From: an uncultured Armatimonadetes bacterium
Lineage (GTDB): Bacteria; Armatimonadota; Hebobacteria; Hebobacterales; Hebobacteraceae
Reading direction: 5' to 3'
Assembly: GCA_963716175.1 (NCBI GenBank)
Contig: OY970296.1
Coordinates: 2,368,001 to 2,432,000, forward strand
DNA: 64,000 bases
Under the pieces are notes generated by a model. It did not search any database. It saw only the letters and a list, made by a program, of their open reading frames with translations, and was not told where the DNA came from. Below, in pieces: positions 12,150 through 20,891 of this stretch. The position numbers were made by a program, and so were the translations under genes. Every line of letters starts with the position of its first letter. Positions within the stretch are counted from its first letter, which is position 1.

Positions 12150-12955
12150 AGTTGGAGCCTCCCCGCCAGCAGGCGGGCCGCGTTGCCTCCCAGGATGAGC
12201 GCCTTCTGTCTGGGCGACAGCTTCGCGCCATACACCTTGCCGAGGGCCGCGCCGTAGCCCCGGCCGGAGGCATCGGTTCCGAAGACCACGCGGCGCGCTC
12301 CCAGCTTGCGCACCGCCAGCTCGGTGACGCCGGCCTCGGGCTCGCTGCCCGAAGTATCCACTAACAGGTTGTGATAGGGCGCGATCTCGGCGATTCCCCG
12401 TTCACCACCTCCCGTGAGGTGGGCCATCACGATCATGGTTTCCGGGTGCCGCGCGGCGAGAGCGGCGACATCCGCTGGCGTTGATTCGTTAGGCCCCTGG
12501 TCCTGGCGCTTATACCAAGCATGTTGAAGGATTGGCAGCCGCAGCCGCGCCGCGCGGGAGGCGATGGGGTCCACGAGCTGGTCGCTGGCGTGGCATGAGA
12601 TCAGCAGCTTGATCCCGGCCATGCCGGCCTCGACACAGCGGTCTATCTCCTGGAGCGCCTCTTCCGGATAGCGAGGGTTCACATAGCAGAAGCCGATAAC
12701 CTGCTCAGGATAATCGGACATGAGTGCGAGCGCGGCGTCGTTGGCCTCTCGCACCTGCTCCGGGGTCGGGGACTCGCTCAGGTCACCCAGCGCACTGAGG
12801 CAGATGCGGTCCACATGATGGAATCGGGCCTCTCGCAGAATCCGCTCCATCTCCGCGCGCTGGGCCTCGCGCGATCGCGAGAAACCCGGATGGACGTGGA
12901 AGTCTATGATCGGGCTGCGGCTTGGCGGCGGGTGTTTCGGGTTCTGTCCTTCCAC
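12146..12955 (-). CDS. Amidohydrolase_2 family protein
   Basis: IIDFHVH, MAHLTGG, VVFGTD, ILGGNAARLL; GTG start at 12955 after GAGGAGG. Confidence 0.88.
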   Translation of the reverse strand: MEGQNPKHPPPSRSPIIDFHVHPGFSRSREAQRAEMERILREARFHHVDRICLSALGDLSESPTPEQVREANDAALALMSDYPEQVIGFCYVNPRYPEEALQEIDRCVEAGMAGIKLLISCHASDQLVDPIASRAARLRLPILQHAWYKRQDQGPNESTPADVAALAARHPETMIVMAHLTGGGERGIAEIAPYHNLLVDTSGSEPEAGVTELAVRKLGARRVVFGTDASGRGYGAALGKVYGAKLSPRQKALILGGNAARLLAGRLQL

Positions 12956-12969
12956 TATGCCCTCCTCAC

Positions 12970-13060
12970 TCACTGGGCGGCCGAGTCCAGCTTCAGCAGT
13001 CGCTTGGCGTTCTCCGAGGCGATCGCCCGCATCCTTTCTTCCAGCGCGCTCGGGCATCTC
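12970..13060 (-). pseudogene. 3' remnant of a third amidohydrolase gene
   Basis: Translates as ...ALEERMRAIASENAKRLLKLDSAAQ*, matching the NAxRLL tail of the two downstream amidohydrolases; no upstream body. Confidence 0.6.
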
Positions 13061-13097
13061 CGGGTTCACGTCTGATTCCGCTGCCGCCTGAGCCGAG

Positions 13098-13609
13098 TCA
13101 GAACGCGGCTGTTACGCTGACGCAACGTGTACCATCCGCTCTGCCGCTCCAGTTGCACCCTCTTCCGCGCCACCCAGGCCATCCCCTCCCGCTGCGGCAA
13201 CACCCCCCTCCGCCCGCGCCCCCGCCCCAGCCGCCTTGCCTCCAGGTGCTGCGCCGCACACACCGCCCCACGAACGGCTCGCTCCGGTTCTTCAGGATCT
13301 TGTCCCCCTGGATCACCCGCTGGTGCTCGGTCCCCCAGCACAGGTCCCCCTCGCCCCGGCAGGAGCAGAACAGGTTGTCCACCCAGTTCTGTTTCTGAAT
13401 CCCCAGGGCGACTCCCGGCGGCCCCACCCTGGGCTGCCCCACCTTCCTCGAGGCCACGCACAGCCAATCGTCGCTGTCCAGACACCGGCACACCACCAGT
13501 CGATTCGGCCAGCCGCACCCTTCCGCCCAGGGAGGAACGTTAAGATTACCGTGCCACTGACCACCTCCTCCTCCGTCGGCTTCCCCAGGTTACCCAGGCG
13601 ACAAGTCAT
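13098..13609 (-). pseudogene. Frameshifted Cys-rich cassette (copy B)
   Basis: ATG at 13609 overlaps the lipoprotein stop (ATGA); the frame 13098-13496 carries CSCRGEGDLCWGTEHQRVIQGDKILKNRSEPFVGRC. Confidence 0.5.
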
Positions 13610-14583
13610 CTCTCTGCGGGACGCATAGTGGCTCGATACAGGTCGCAACGCCCTCCCCCTACTCTCGCGAACAGCAGGCGGTCGCTGCTCTCCCAACCTA
13701 CGACGATATCCTGATACGTGGCCGGGGCATCCTCATAGGTGATCTGCGCATATCCTCCTGCAGCCAGGTCGGCCAGAAAGAGCCCGTAGTGCGTCTCCGC
13801 CGGTGGGAGATCTTCAAGATCGAGAGCGACACGTCTACCGTCCGGCGATGGGTAAACGCCCATCGCCGTGATGCGGCGGAGGGGTTGCTTGGGCATAGAG
13901 CAGATCAGGTCGGACCGCGCAGTCGTCGTATTCACCAGAACGACCGAGTTGGTGGCGCTTCCTGTCACCGTGTCGATTCTCCTCACCCCCACGACGACAT
14001 TGTCGTCGGACCAGGCAAGCTTGGGCCACGTCCCGTCCGGAATCGACAGTAACTGCGAGAACTTCAGGTGCGGTGCCCTGAGCAATCCGACCCTCACCAC
14101 CGATCGCTCCCGAGTGCTGGCCCATACCACCACCGCCAGCTGCTGGCGACTCTTATCCCACTCCGCCGAAATCGATTGGAGTTGCATGCCGGGCACCGTC
14201 ACTTCCCCTCGCCCCCTGGATTCCCAATTGGCGTCGAACAGCCACACTCCCCCGTCCGACGAGTGCTTCGGGTCACCTAGTGCCGTGACAGTCCAGTGCC
14301 CAGCGCCCTTCTGCACCTCGTGGACATAGTAGCCGCGTGGGATCGCGCCAGAGGGCACGACTCCCTGATCGGGATGCATGAAGAGTTTGGGGAGATCTAT
14401 ATCGCCCTTCAGGAACTCAACCTTCAGTACCGGCGGCGCATGCCTCAACTGCGGTTGAGACGAGTGGCCTTGACTGGCAAGGCGCCCCGAGCCGCAACCA
14501 CCGCACGCCGCTGTGAGCAGCGCGGCGAGCCAGACAACGACACCGCGACTGCGCCATCCTGCGAACCGCTTATGCCTTGTCAC
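13606..14583 (-). CDS. Hypothetical lipoprotein with TolB-like beta-propeller features
   Basis: Lipobox LLTAAC, beta-rich sequence, PSPDGRRVAL motif. Confidence 0.7.
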   Translation of the reverse strand: MTRHKRFAGWRSRGVVVWLAALLTAACGGCGSGRLASQGHSSQPQLRHAPPVLKVEFLKGDIDLPKLFMHPDQGVVPSGAIPRGYYVHEVQKGAGHWTVTALGDPKHSSDGGVWLFDANWESRGRGEVTVPGMQLQSISAEWDKSRQQLAVVVWASTRERSVVRVGLLRAPHLKFSQLLSIPDGTWPKLAWSDDNVVVGVRRIDTVTGSATNSVVLVNTTTARSDLICSMPKQPLRRITAMGVYPSPDGRRVALDLEDLPPAETHYGLFLADLAAGGYAQITYEDAPATYQDIVVGWESSDRLLFARVGGGRCDLYRATMRPAER

Positions 14584-14640
14584 TTTAGCTCTCTTACGAA
14601 CGCGTCAATGCTCTCGGCATAGGCGTAGCAGCTGCCACCG

Positions 14641-14855
14641 GGCTGGCGCTGGTGCTGATCAACGTTCACGATCAGCCGGTTGACTTCGCCACTCGCCTTC
14701 GCTCCAGCCGGCTGGGGTTCAAGCTCCCCATTCAGCTCATCGGCCGCACCTTCTCCGAGGACGGCGACGTCCCCGCCGCCACCCTCCGCGCCTCCGGCAG
14801 CGAGATCAGCGGCCGCTTGCCAGGCCGGTCGGTGGTGCTGCTGACGCTGCGGTGA
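14641..14855 (+). pseudogene. Stray 3' fragment, probably the C-terminal beta-sandwich of a glycoside hydrolase-like gene
   Basis: LALVLINVHDQPVDF...LPGRSVVLLTLR*; host-like codon usage, opposite strand to neighbours, no 5' part. Confidence 0.45.
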
Positions 14856-14936
14856 GAGCAAGCCGGTGCGGGTCGTAGGTGTAGTCCCGGTCAATGACGT
14901 CGTCGACATCGGTCTGCTCGCTTCGGCCCGGCTCGC

Positions 14937-15287
14937 TCAAGCATGAACAGGCGATCCTCTCTCCGTTGCTACTCTGCAAAGAAGCGTCCCTTCGCTCGAA
15001 GCACCAGCCCACGGGACACTCCATAGCAACCGGCACCGCCGCGCGCCCCCGCCAGTCCGTCCTCCGGGGCCGGCCGCGGCCTTCTGGCACGTGCCCTGTG
15101 CCTCCCACTGGCCGTCTGCCAGCAGCTGGCTGTCCTGCCAGGCCCGCCGGTGCATCTCACAGGTGCAGGGGTCGCCAGGCTTCTCGCAGTCGCAGCTCTT
15201 CGGGTCAGCCCAGATCTCGACGTACACGCCCGTCGGGGTTGCTCTGGATCCCGCTGTCTGAGCCTTCACGGCTTCCACCTCACCCAA
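14937..15287 (-). CDS. Cys-rich cassette (copy A), possibly truncated
   Basis: CDCEKPGDPCTCEMHRRAWQDSQLLADGQWEAQGTC aligns without gaps to copy B; followed in another frame by a YD-like DRDYTYD. Confidence 0.5.
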   Translation of the reverse strand: MGEVEAVKAQTAGSRATPTGVYVEIWADPKSCDCEKPGDPCTCEMHRRAWQDSQLLADGQWEAQGTCQKAAAGPGGRTGGGARRCRLLWSVPWAGASSEGTLLCRVATERGSPVHA

Positions 15288-16036
15288 TCAGCATCTGCCT
15301 GTTTGGCCCAGATAGTGCGTCCCTGTTTGTCCTTGCCAAGCTTCTTGCGAGGGAGCCACTCGACATGGCCATCCGCAAAAGCGTAGTTGTCACCGCCCAG
15401 GTGCCGCGGTCTGATCGGGAGTGTTTCCTGCCAGCCGTATGCATCCCAGCCACGATCGCTCTCGAATATGGTTACCACGGTGGGTCCCGCAGACAGGTCG
15501 GGCCGGCCCAGCACTGCTAGCCTCGAATTGGCTGCAAACCCACAAGCCAATTCCGGGACAGAGGGGCAGGCAAAGGTAGTTGCGCTCCCGAGGTATGGTT
15601 TGGCGGCATTGCACCAGGAACTGGCTGGCGGGTACGCTCCTTCGTAGTCCGATAGATAGATGCGCAACGCACGAGCGAGATCGTGCAACCTTGCCAGACA
15701 TATTACCTGCTGCGCTTTCAAATGGTCCTTCGCGTAGAGCGGCGGCAGCAGATAGGCTGCCAAGCAAACCAATAGCGCGATGGAGATTCCGCTCTCCGCC
15801 AAGGCCCTGCCCTTTCTTGGGCGATCTCGGCCCGCCAGGAGGAAGACAAGTATCCCGCAGGCGGTCCCCACCGCCGCCAGTGCGACGGCGGGCCAAAGCA
15901 GAAGGTTGGTCACTCGCCCTGCTGCCCATCGTTGAAGCACCAGGGCAAGGGCAACCAGTGCAGCACCGGACAACGCCAAACAGAATCCGGCGATCACATC
16001 ACTGGCGGTACGCGTTCGACGCGGTGCTTGGAGCAT
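15266..16036 (-). CDS. Membrane protein with DUF1559-like region and H-X9-DG motif
   Basis: Three N-terminal TM helices, ICLARLHDLARALRIYLSDY, FACPS, RHLGGDNYAFADGHVEW. Confidence 0.8.
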   Translation of the reverse strand: MLQAPRRTRTASDVIAGFCLALSGAALVALALVLQRWAAGRVTNLLLWPAVALAAVGTACGILVFLLAGRDRPRKGRALAESGISIALLVCLAAYLLPPLYAKDHLKAQQVICLARLHDLARALRIYLSDYEGAYPPASSWCNAAKPYLGSATTFACPSVPELACGFAANSRLAVLGRPDLSAGPTVVTIFESDRGWDAYGWQETLPIRPRHLGGDNYAFADGHVEWLPRKKLGKDKQGRTIWAKQADADWVRWKP

Positions 16037-16111
16037 CGATTTGATCTCGCTTGAGTTCCGCGTTCGCGGTTCGCGGGCGCGTCATCGGATGGGTCGGTAG
16101 CACGTCCACGC

Positions 16112-17222
16112 TCAGAAGGTATTGTCCCCCCAGTGTACAGTGAATGTCGGCCTCTCAGTGGGCTTTGCGCCGTAACGCGTTGGGCAGGTGGTTTGACAGC
16201 GCCTGCGATTGCCGGTCGGCGTATTGGCCAGCCCGCCGGTGACATCAGGCCATCCCACATACCCAGCGACTGCCCACGCCTTGGCCGCCCCCAGATGAGA
16301 GAGTGCGCCGGCCAAGAGCAGCCACCTCTCCACACGGTTAACCATAGCGCCGAATCTATACTGGTCAGCCCCGAATTCATCGGCACAGAGACGCCACATG
16401 ATGCCAAGGGAGACATAGTTAATCGAGCGAATGCTGAAGCATTGCCCGTCCACCTCCAGAGTATCTTCGCAGCCATTCGGCGTGGAGCATGGAGGATAGT
16501 ACTGCTCGTGCCAGCGCTCTGCGGCGTGGAAAAGCTCCTCTATGTCGAAAGCCCATTCGAACTCGTATCCTCCAGAATATCCCTGAGGCATGCTGAAGCT
16601 AGACAGAGATTCACATGCGCTTCTCCGCTGGGGGTCTTGCCACGCCCCCTTGAACATGCCGCGGATCTTTGATGCCGTCCACCGTAGGGGCCGTGTAATA
16701 TCCGGCCCGCACACCTTCTTCTCGCCGGCCGTCAGGCCGACGCCGCCTCCGACGCCTGCCCCCGCCTGACAGACTCGCCCCGGGGCGTACTCCCGCACCG
16801 TGCCCGTCCGCTGCCAGTTGTCGTTGGCTACGTACCAACCCGTGGGCCGACGTAGCCAGATCCGGAAGCTGGCATCACACTGTGCTCCGGCTCCGCCAGC
16901 CCCACACGACACATCGTACGATTCCACTATCCTCTTCTGAGCTCCGTGGGACTCGATGGGCGGGGGCAGGATGATGCAGCCAAAGCGCTCATCCCGCCGG
17001 TCCGAGCCGGGACAGCACCACCGCCTCTCCGCCCCTCCGCTGACCTCGCCCGCAGGCCTGCCCTCCCTGTCCGCACTGCCCCTGCAATCCAGACGGATCA
17101 ACCAGCCCGATGGGGTTGTTGCCGGGGAAGCGATAGCGGTTGACTTCCGCTCCCCCTCGGCTGCGCTCGGGGTGAACTCCGTGGTGGAATGCGTCGTCCT
17201 GCAACACCAGGTCCCCCTCCAT
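16112..17222 (-). pseudogene. Orphan Rhs core remnant with frameshifted C-terminal (toxin-like) domain
   Basis: NRYRFPGNNPIGLVDPSGL (17141-17085) matches the Rhs core end NxYxYxxNNPxxxxDPxGL; a long Cys/Trp-rich ORF continues in another frame to 16112. Confidence 0.65.
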
Positions 17223-17300
17223 TCGCTTCGCTCGGCTCGCCCAACCGAATTGTACACCGGCCAGAACAGGCGCGCAAGGGATTCATGGCTTGCCCCCGCT

Positions 17301-17454
17301 TGTCATTCCGAGCCCGCCAGAGGCGGATGAACCCGGCGCAGGCGGGCGAGGAATCCGTTCTGTGTGGTGAGCGTCCGCAGCAGCGGACGCCTTCCTCGTG
17401 GACAGATGCTTCGCGGAGTTCACCCTGAGCGCAGTCGAAGGGCTCAGCATGACA
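17301..17454. repeat. REP/MITE-like palindromic repeat with nested sub-repeat
   Basis: TGTCATTCCGAGC...GAGGAATC...AGATGCTTCGC...GCTCAGCATGACA with inverted ends; the inner unit 17414-17442 recurs inverted at 17153-17181. Confidence 0.7.
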
Positions 17455-17601
17455 GCAAGACGGCCCTGTCGGGCCATCCGCAGCAGCCCCACGAACAGGC
17501 GCAGACCCGATTGCGGGCGGCGGCCCGCAGAGGGGCTCCTCTACGAGGAGCAGAAGACTCAGGGAGCCGTAGGGTCGGGAGCGATAGACGGAGGCAAGCT
17601 C

Positions 17602-18678
17602 ATGGCGCGGCGCTGGAAATTCGGTCTGGTTGGGGTGGGAAGGGGCTCGGGCTATGGGCGCCTGGTGGCAAGCGACCCGCAGTGCGAGATCGTGGGCTGC
17701 TGCGATCGGTCGCAGGAAGCCCTGGCGCGGTTCCAGGAGGAGCTGAGTCTGCCGGACGGCCGCTGCTTCACCGATTACGACGATTTCGTCTCCTCCGTGG
17801 CGATGGACGCGGTCTTTGTAGGGACGCCCATCCCCTTTCACGCGGAGCAGACCGTGACCGCGGTGGAGGCCGGCATCAACGTGCTGAGCGAAGTCACCGC
17901 CGCCGCCACCCTGGAGGAATGCCGCCGCATCGTGGAGGCGGTGCGGCGCACCGGCCGCATCTACATGCTGGCCGAGAACTGCTGCTTCTGGCCTTTCATC
18001 CTGGAGTGGCAGAAGATGGTGCGGGCCGGCCGCCTGGGCGAGATCTACTACTCCGAATGCGAGTACCTGCATCCCATCCCGGAGCTGATCGTTGACCCGC
18101 AGACTGGAGAGCACAAGTGGCGCGCCGAGCGCCCGCCGCTGCACTACTGCTCTCACTCTCTCGGGCCCATCCTGGAGATCACCCAGGACCGCATCACCCG
18201 CGCCATGGGGCTGGGGCAGGGCCACCGGATGATGCCAGCTCACCCGGTGCTGGGCGCCATTGACATCCAGGTGGCCCTGTTCGAGACCGAGAAGCAGGCG
18301 ATCATCAAGCTGGCGCGCAGCTCCGTCCTCGCCCGCCATCCCGCCATTCACTACTACACCTTGCAGGGAACCAAGGGGTTCGTGGAGACCGACCGGCTGG
18401 GCCCGACCGAGGGGCTGCTCTACGTCCAGGGGGAGATGGAGCGGGCGCAGAGGATCAAGGTCTCCTATGTGGATGAGTCGCTGCCGGCCAAAGCCCACGC
18501 CGGGGGTCACGGCACCGCCGAGTACGGTGTGCTTCAGGCCTTCCTGCGGGCCCTGGAGACAAGCGAGAAGCCCGCGCTGGACGAGGTGCGCGCCATGGAT
18601 CTGTGCGTGCCGGGCCTGATCGCCCACGAGTCGGCGACGAAAGGCGGGGTGTGGATGGAGGTGCCGTCTCTTGCCTGA
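17602..18678 (+). CDS. Gfo/Idh/MocA-family oxidoreductase
   Basis: KFGLVGVGRG, VGTPIPFHA, VLSEV, YYSECEYLH, HYCSHSLGP; GGAGG RBS before ATG 17602. Confidence 0.88.
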   Translation: MARRWKFGLVGVGRGSGYGRLVASDPQCEIVGCCDRSQEALARFQEELSLPDGRCFTDYDDFVSSVAMDAVFVGTPIPFHAEQTVTAVEAGINVLSEVTAAATLEECRRIVEAVRRTGRIYMLAENCCFWPFILEWQKMVRAGRLGEIYYSECEYLHPIPELIVDPQTGEHKWRAERPPLHYCSHSLGPILEITQDRITRAMGLGQGHRMMPAHPVLGAIDIQVALFETEKQAIIKLARSSVLARHPAIHYYTLQGTKGFVETDRLGPTEGLLYVQGEMERAQRIKVSYVDESLPAKAHAGGHGTAEYGVLQAFLRALETSEKPALDEVRAMDLCVPGLIAHESATKGGVWMEVPSLA

Positions 18679-18711
18679 GGCAACAGGCCGACCGCGGCCC
18701 GGGGCAGGCTA

Positions 18712-19920
18712 GTGTCAGGGAACGAGATCATCGTCCGCGCCATGACGGGGAGCGAGGAGGACATCGCGGCCGCGGCCGATATCGTCTACCTGGCCTGGCC
18801 CGAGGTCGCCAAGTCCTGCACGGAAGCGATGATCCGGCGCGATCCCTGGCGCGACCAGCAGGCCGGTTTCGGCGCCTTCGCCGGGAGTCGGCTGGTGTCT
18901 TACGCGCGTTTCCATTACCGCCCGGTGCGGGTCGGGAGCGCGCTCCTGCGCATGGCCGGTGTGGCGGATGTGGTCACGGTCCCCGAGTTCCGCCGCCAGG
19001 GGCTGGCGAAGCGGGTGCTCTCGGCCGGCGTGGACTGGATGCGATCATCGGGGATGACCTGTGCCCTGCTCTTCACCGGCGTCCCGTATGTCTACTCCGG
19101 CCTGGGTTGGGGTGAGGTGAAGGAGGCCAGGCTTTCGCTGCCGATGCGCGCTCTGCCGCGGCTGGGGAGCGGCCGCTACCGGATCGGCAAGGTTCACTTC
19201 ACCGAACTGCCCGCCGAGCTGGGACGAATCTACGAGTTGAGCTGCGGGTCGCACCCCATCTCGCTGGCGCGAACGCCGGCCTACTGGAGGAACTGGCCCT
19301 CCTGGATGATCGGCAACGGGGCGTTCACCCTGTCGGATGAGTGGGTGGTGGCGTGGCGCGGAGACCAGCTCGCGGCCTATGGTGTCGCTGCGCATTCCAG
19401 CATCGCCGAGATCTGCTCACTGCCAGGTGAGGAAGAGGCGCTGTTCGACGTCTTCGACAGCTTGGCGGAGCGGATGCGCCGGACCAGGCGCGAGCGGCAA
19501 CTGCAACTCGACCTTCCTCTGGACCATCCGCTGGCGGCGCGTCTGGCGGTGCACGGGAAAAAGGAAGCCGAGGTCTGCGGCATGATCCTGGTGTTGGACT
19601 TGCCGGGGCTGCTCAGGGAGCTGGGCCCGGAGCTGGCGCAGCGCTGGCACGCGGCTCAGCCTGGTTGTCTGCGGCTGGAGTCACCGCTGGGTGCGGCCAC
19701 CCTGACGGTGGATCGCGGAGAGGTGAGGGTGGACGCTGCCCCCGGGGCACCCATGCTTCGGCTGACCCCCCGCGGGCTCAGCTCACTGCTGCTCGGGTTT
19801 CAGTCGGCCGGGGACCTCCAGCAAGCAGGGGAAATCGAGGGCGATGCCCAGGCCTTGGAAGTGGCGGACCAACTCTTCCCCTGGCTCTTCTCTCACTTCT
19901 GGGAGGTAGACAGGTACTGA
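18712..19920 (+). CDS. Eis-like GNAT acetyltransferase with C-terminal SCP2-like domain
   Basis: VADVVTVPEFRRQGLAKRVL acetyl-CoA motif, YSGLGW, LSSLLLGF. Confidence 0.85.
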   Translation: MSGNEIIVRAMTGSEEDIAAAADIVYLAWPEVAKSCTEAMIRRDPWRDQQAGFGAFAGSRLVSYARFHYRPVRVGSALLRMAGVADVVTVPEFRRQGLAKRVLSAGVDWMRSSGMTCALLFTGVPYVYSGLGWGEVKEARLSLPMRALPRLGSGRYRIGKVHFTELPAELGRIYELSCGSHPISLARTPAYWRNWPSWMIGNGAFTLSDEWVVAWRGDQLAAYGVAAHSSIAEICSLPGEEEALFDVFDSLAERMRRTRRERQLQLDLPLDHPLAARLAVHGKKEAEVCGMILVLDLPGLLRELGPELAQRWHAAQPGCLRLESPLGAATLTVDRGEVRVDAAPGAPMLRLTPRGLSSLLLGFQSAGDLQQAGEIEGDAQALEVADQLFPWLFSHFWEVDRY

Positions 19921-19932
19921 AGGCCAGAGACT

Positions 19933-19959
19933 ATCCGCAGATTACGCAGATTGCACAGA
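19933..19959 (+). repeat. Short 9-bp-period CAGAT tandem repeat
   Basis: ATCCGCAGATTACGCAGATTGCACAGA; a related unit is at 61133-61161. Confidence 0.5.
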
Positions 19960-19995
19960 GCAACGCTCCGCGGCTATCCACAGTTGCGGAGGCAG

Positions 19996-20742
19996 CTAGG
20001 GAGTGGAGGCGATGATCTCGGGGCCGACGCTGACGACGACCTGGTGGCCGGGCGGGACGGTGAGGAACCGATCTTGATCCCACTCCCCGTCCAGCAGGGC
20101 CTGGAGCAGTGACAGGTCGCCGGTGATCTCGTCGTATTGCCACCCGTGCTCCTGCGCCTCCTGCTGGGTGTAAGCCCGGAAGGTCTCTTCATCGCCCAGC
20201 TGCATCAGGATATGGGCGGCGTGGCTGTAGTGCTTCACCCAGCTTGACTGCACCTCCCATAGATACTCGGCGTTGTCCTGGCCATACTTTGCCACCAGCT
20301 CCTCGAACGGGAGATCCAGGCCCGCGCCGTCCTCCGGGCTGCGTGGCACGTGGTCTGCTCTGCGCTCGATCCATCCTCCGCTGTAGTAGTAGGTGCCCGG
20401 ACGTTGGGAGAAGCGCCTGGCGTACTCTTCCTTCGACCCCAGTAGGAAAGTGATGCAGTCATGAGCGCGGGGTATGACCAGGGGCACCCCGCGGGCGCGC
20501 AGGCCCGCCACCCCGTTGCTGCAGAGGCCGTAGGCGAGCGCCACCGCCTGGCACTGCTGCTCATCGCCTTGGTCAATCGCGGTCTGCACCTGCTCGCGCA
20601 GCGTGTCGGGGTTGGAGTGGAGCCCCCGCCGGAGGAAGGTCAGGTCCAGGATGCTGCGAGCGCGAGCGGCGCAGAGGCAGACCTCACGAAACAGCACCTC
20701 GCAGGCAATCACCCTGATGCGCACCTGGCAATCTCTCCCCAT
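19996..20742 (-). CDS. DUF1638 domain protein
   Basis: VIACEVLFRE, GLHSNPD, YGLCSNG, IPRAHDCI, PGTYYYSGGW. Confidence 0.88.
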   Translation of the reverse strand: MGRDCQVRIRVIACEVLFREVCLCAARARSILDLTFLRRGLHSNPDTLREQVQTAIDQGDEQQCQAVALAYGLCSNGVAGLRARGVPLVIPRAHDCITFLLGSKEEYARRFSQRPGTYYYSGGWIERRADHVPRSPEDGAGLDLPFEELVAKYGQDNAEYLWEVQSSWVKHYSHAAHILMQLGDEETFRAYTQQEAQEHGWQYDEITGDLSLLQALLDGEWDQDRFLTVPPGHQVVVSVGPEIIASTP

Positions 20743-20891
20743 ACCACCACGTTCTACCCGCGCGCGGTGTGTCCTGGCGCGTCCGGTGGGCTGAAGCAAG
20801 GCCGGCGCCAATCCCTCCCGGGCCCGCAACGGCGTTGACCTCGGTCAGAGGCGCGGCTATACTGCACGCAGCATACCCAGGAGCCCGGGCC

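Noticed and set aside
16300-16450. Assigning the Rhs CT to Ntox44 from INYVSLG
   Set aside because: Resemblance too weak without an HMM search
17098-18627. 509-aa minus-strand ORF
   Set aside because: Shadow of the Gfo/Idh/MocA gene plus translated REP sequence
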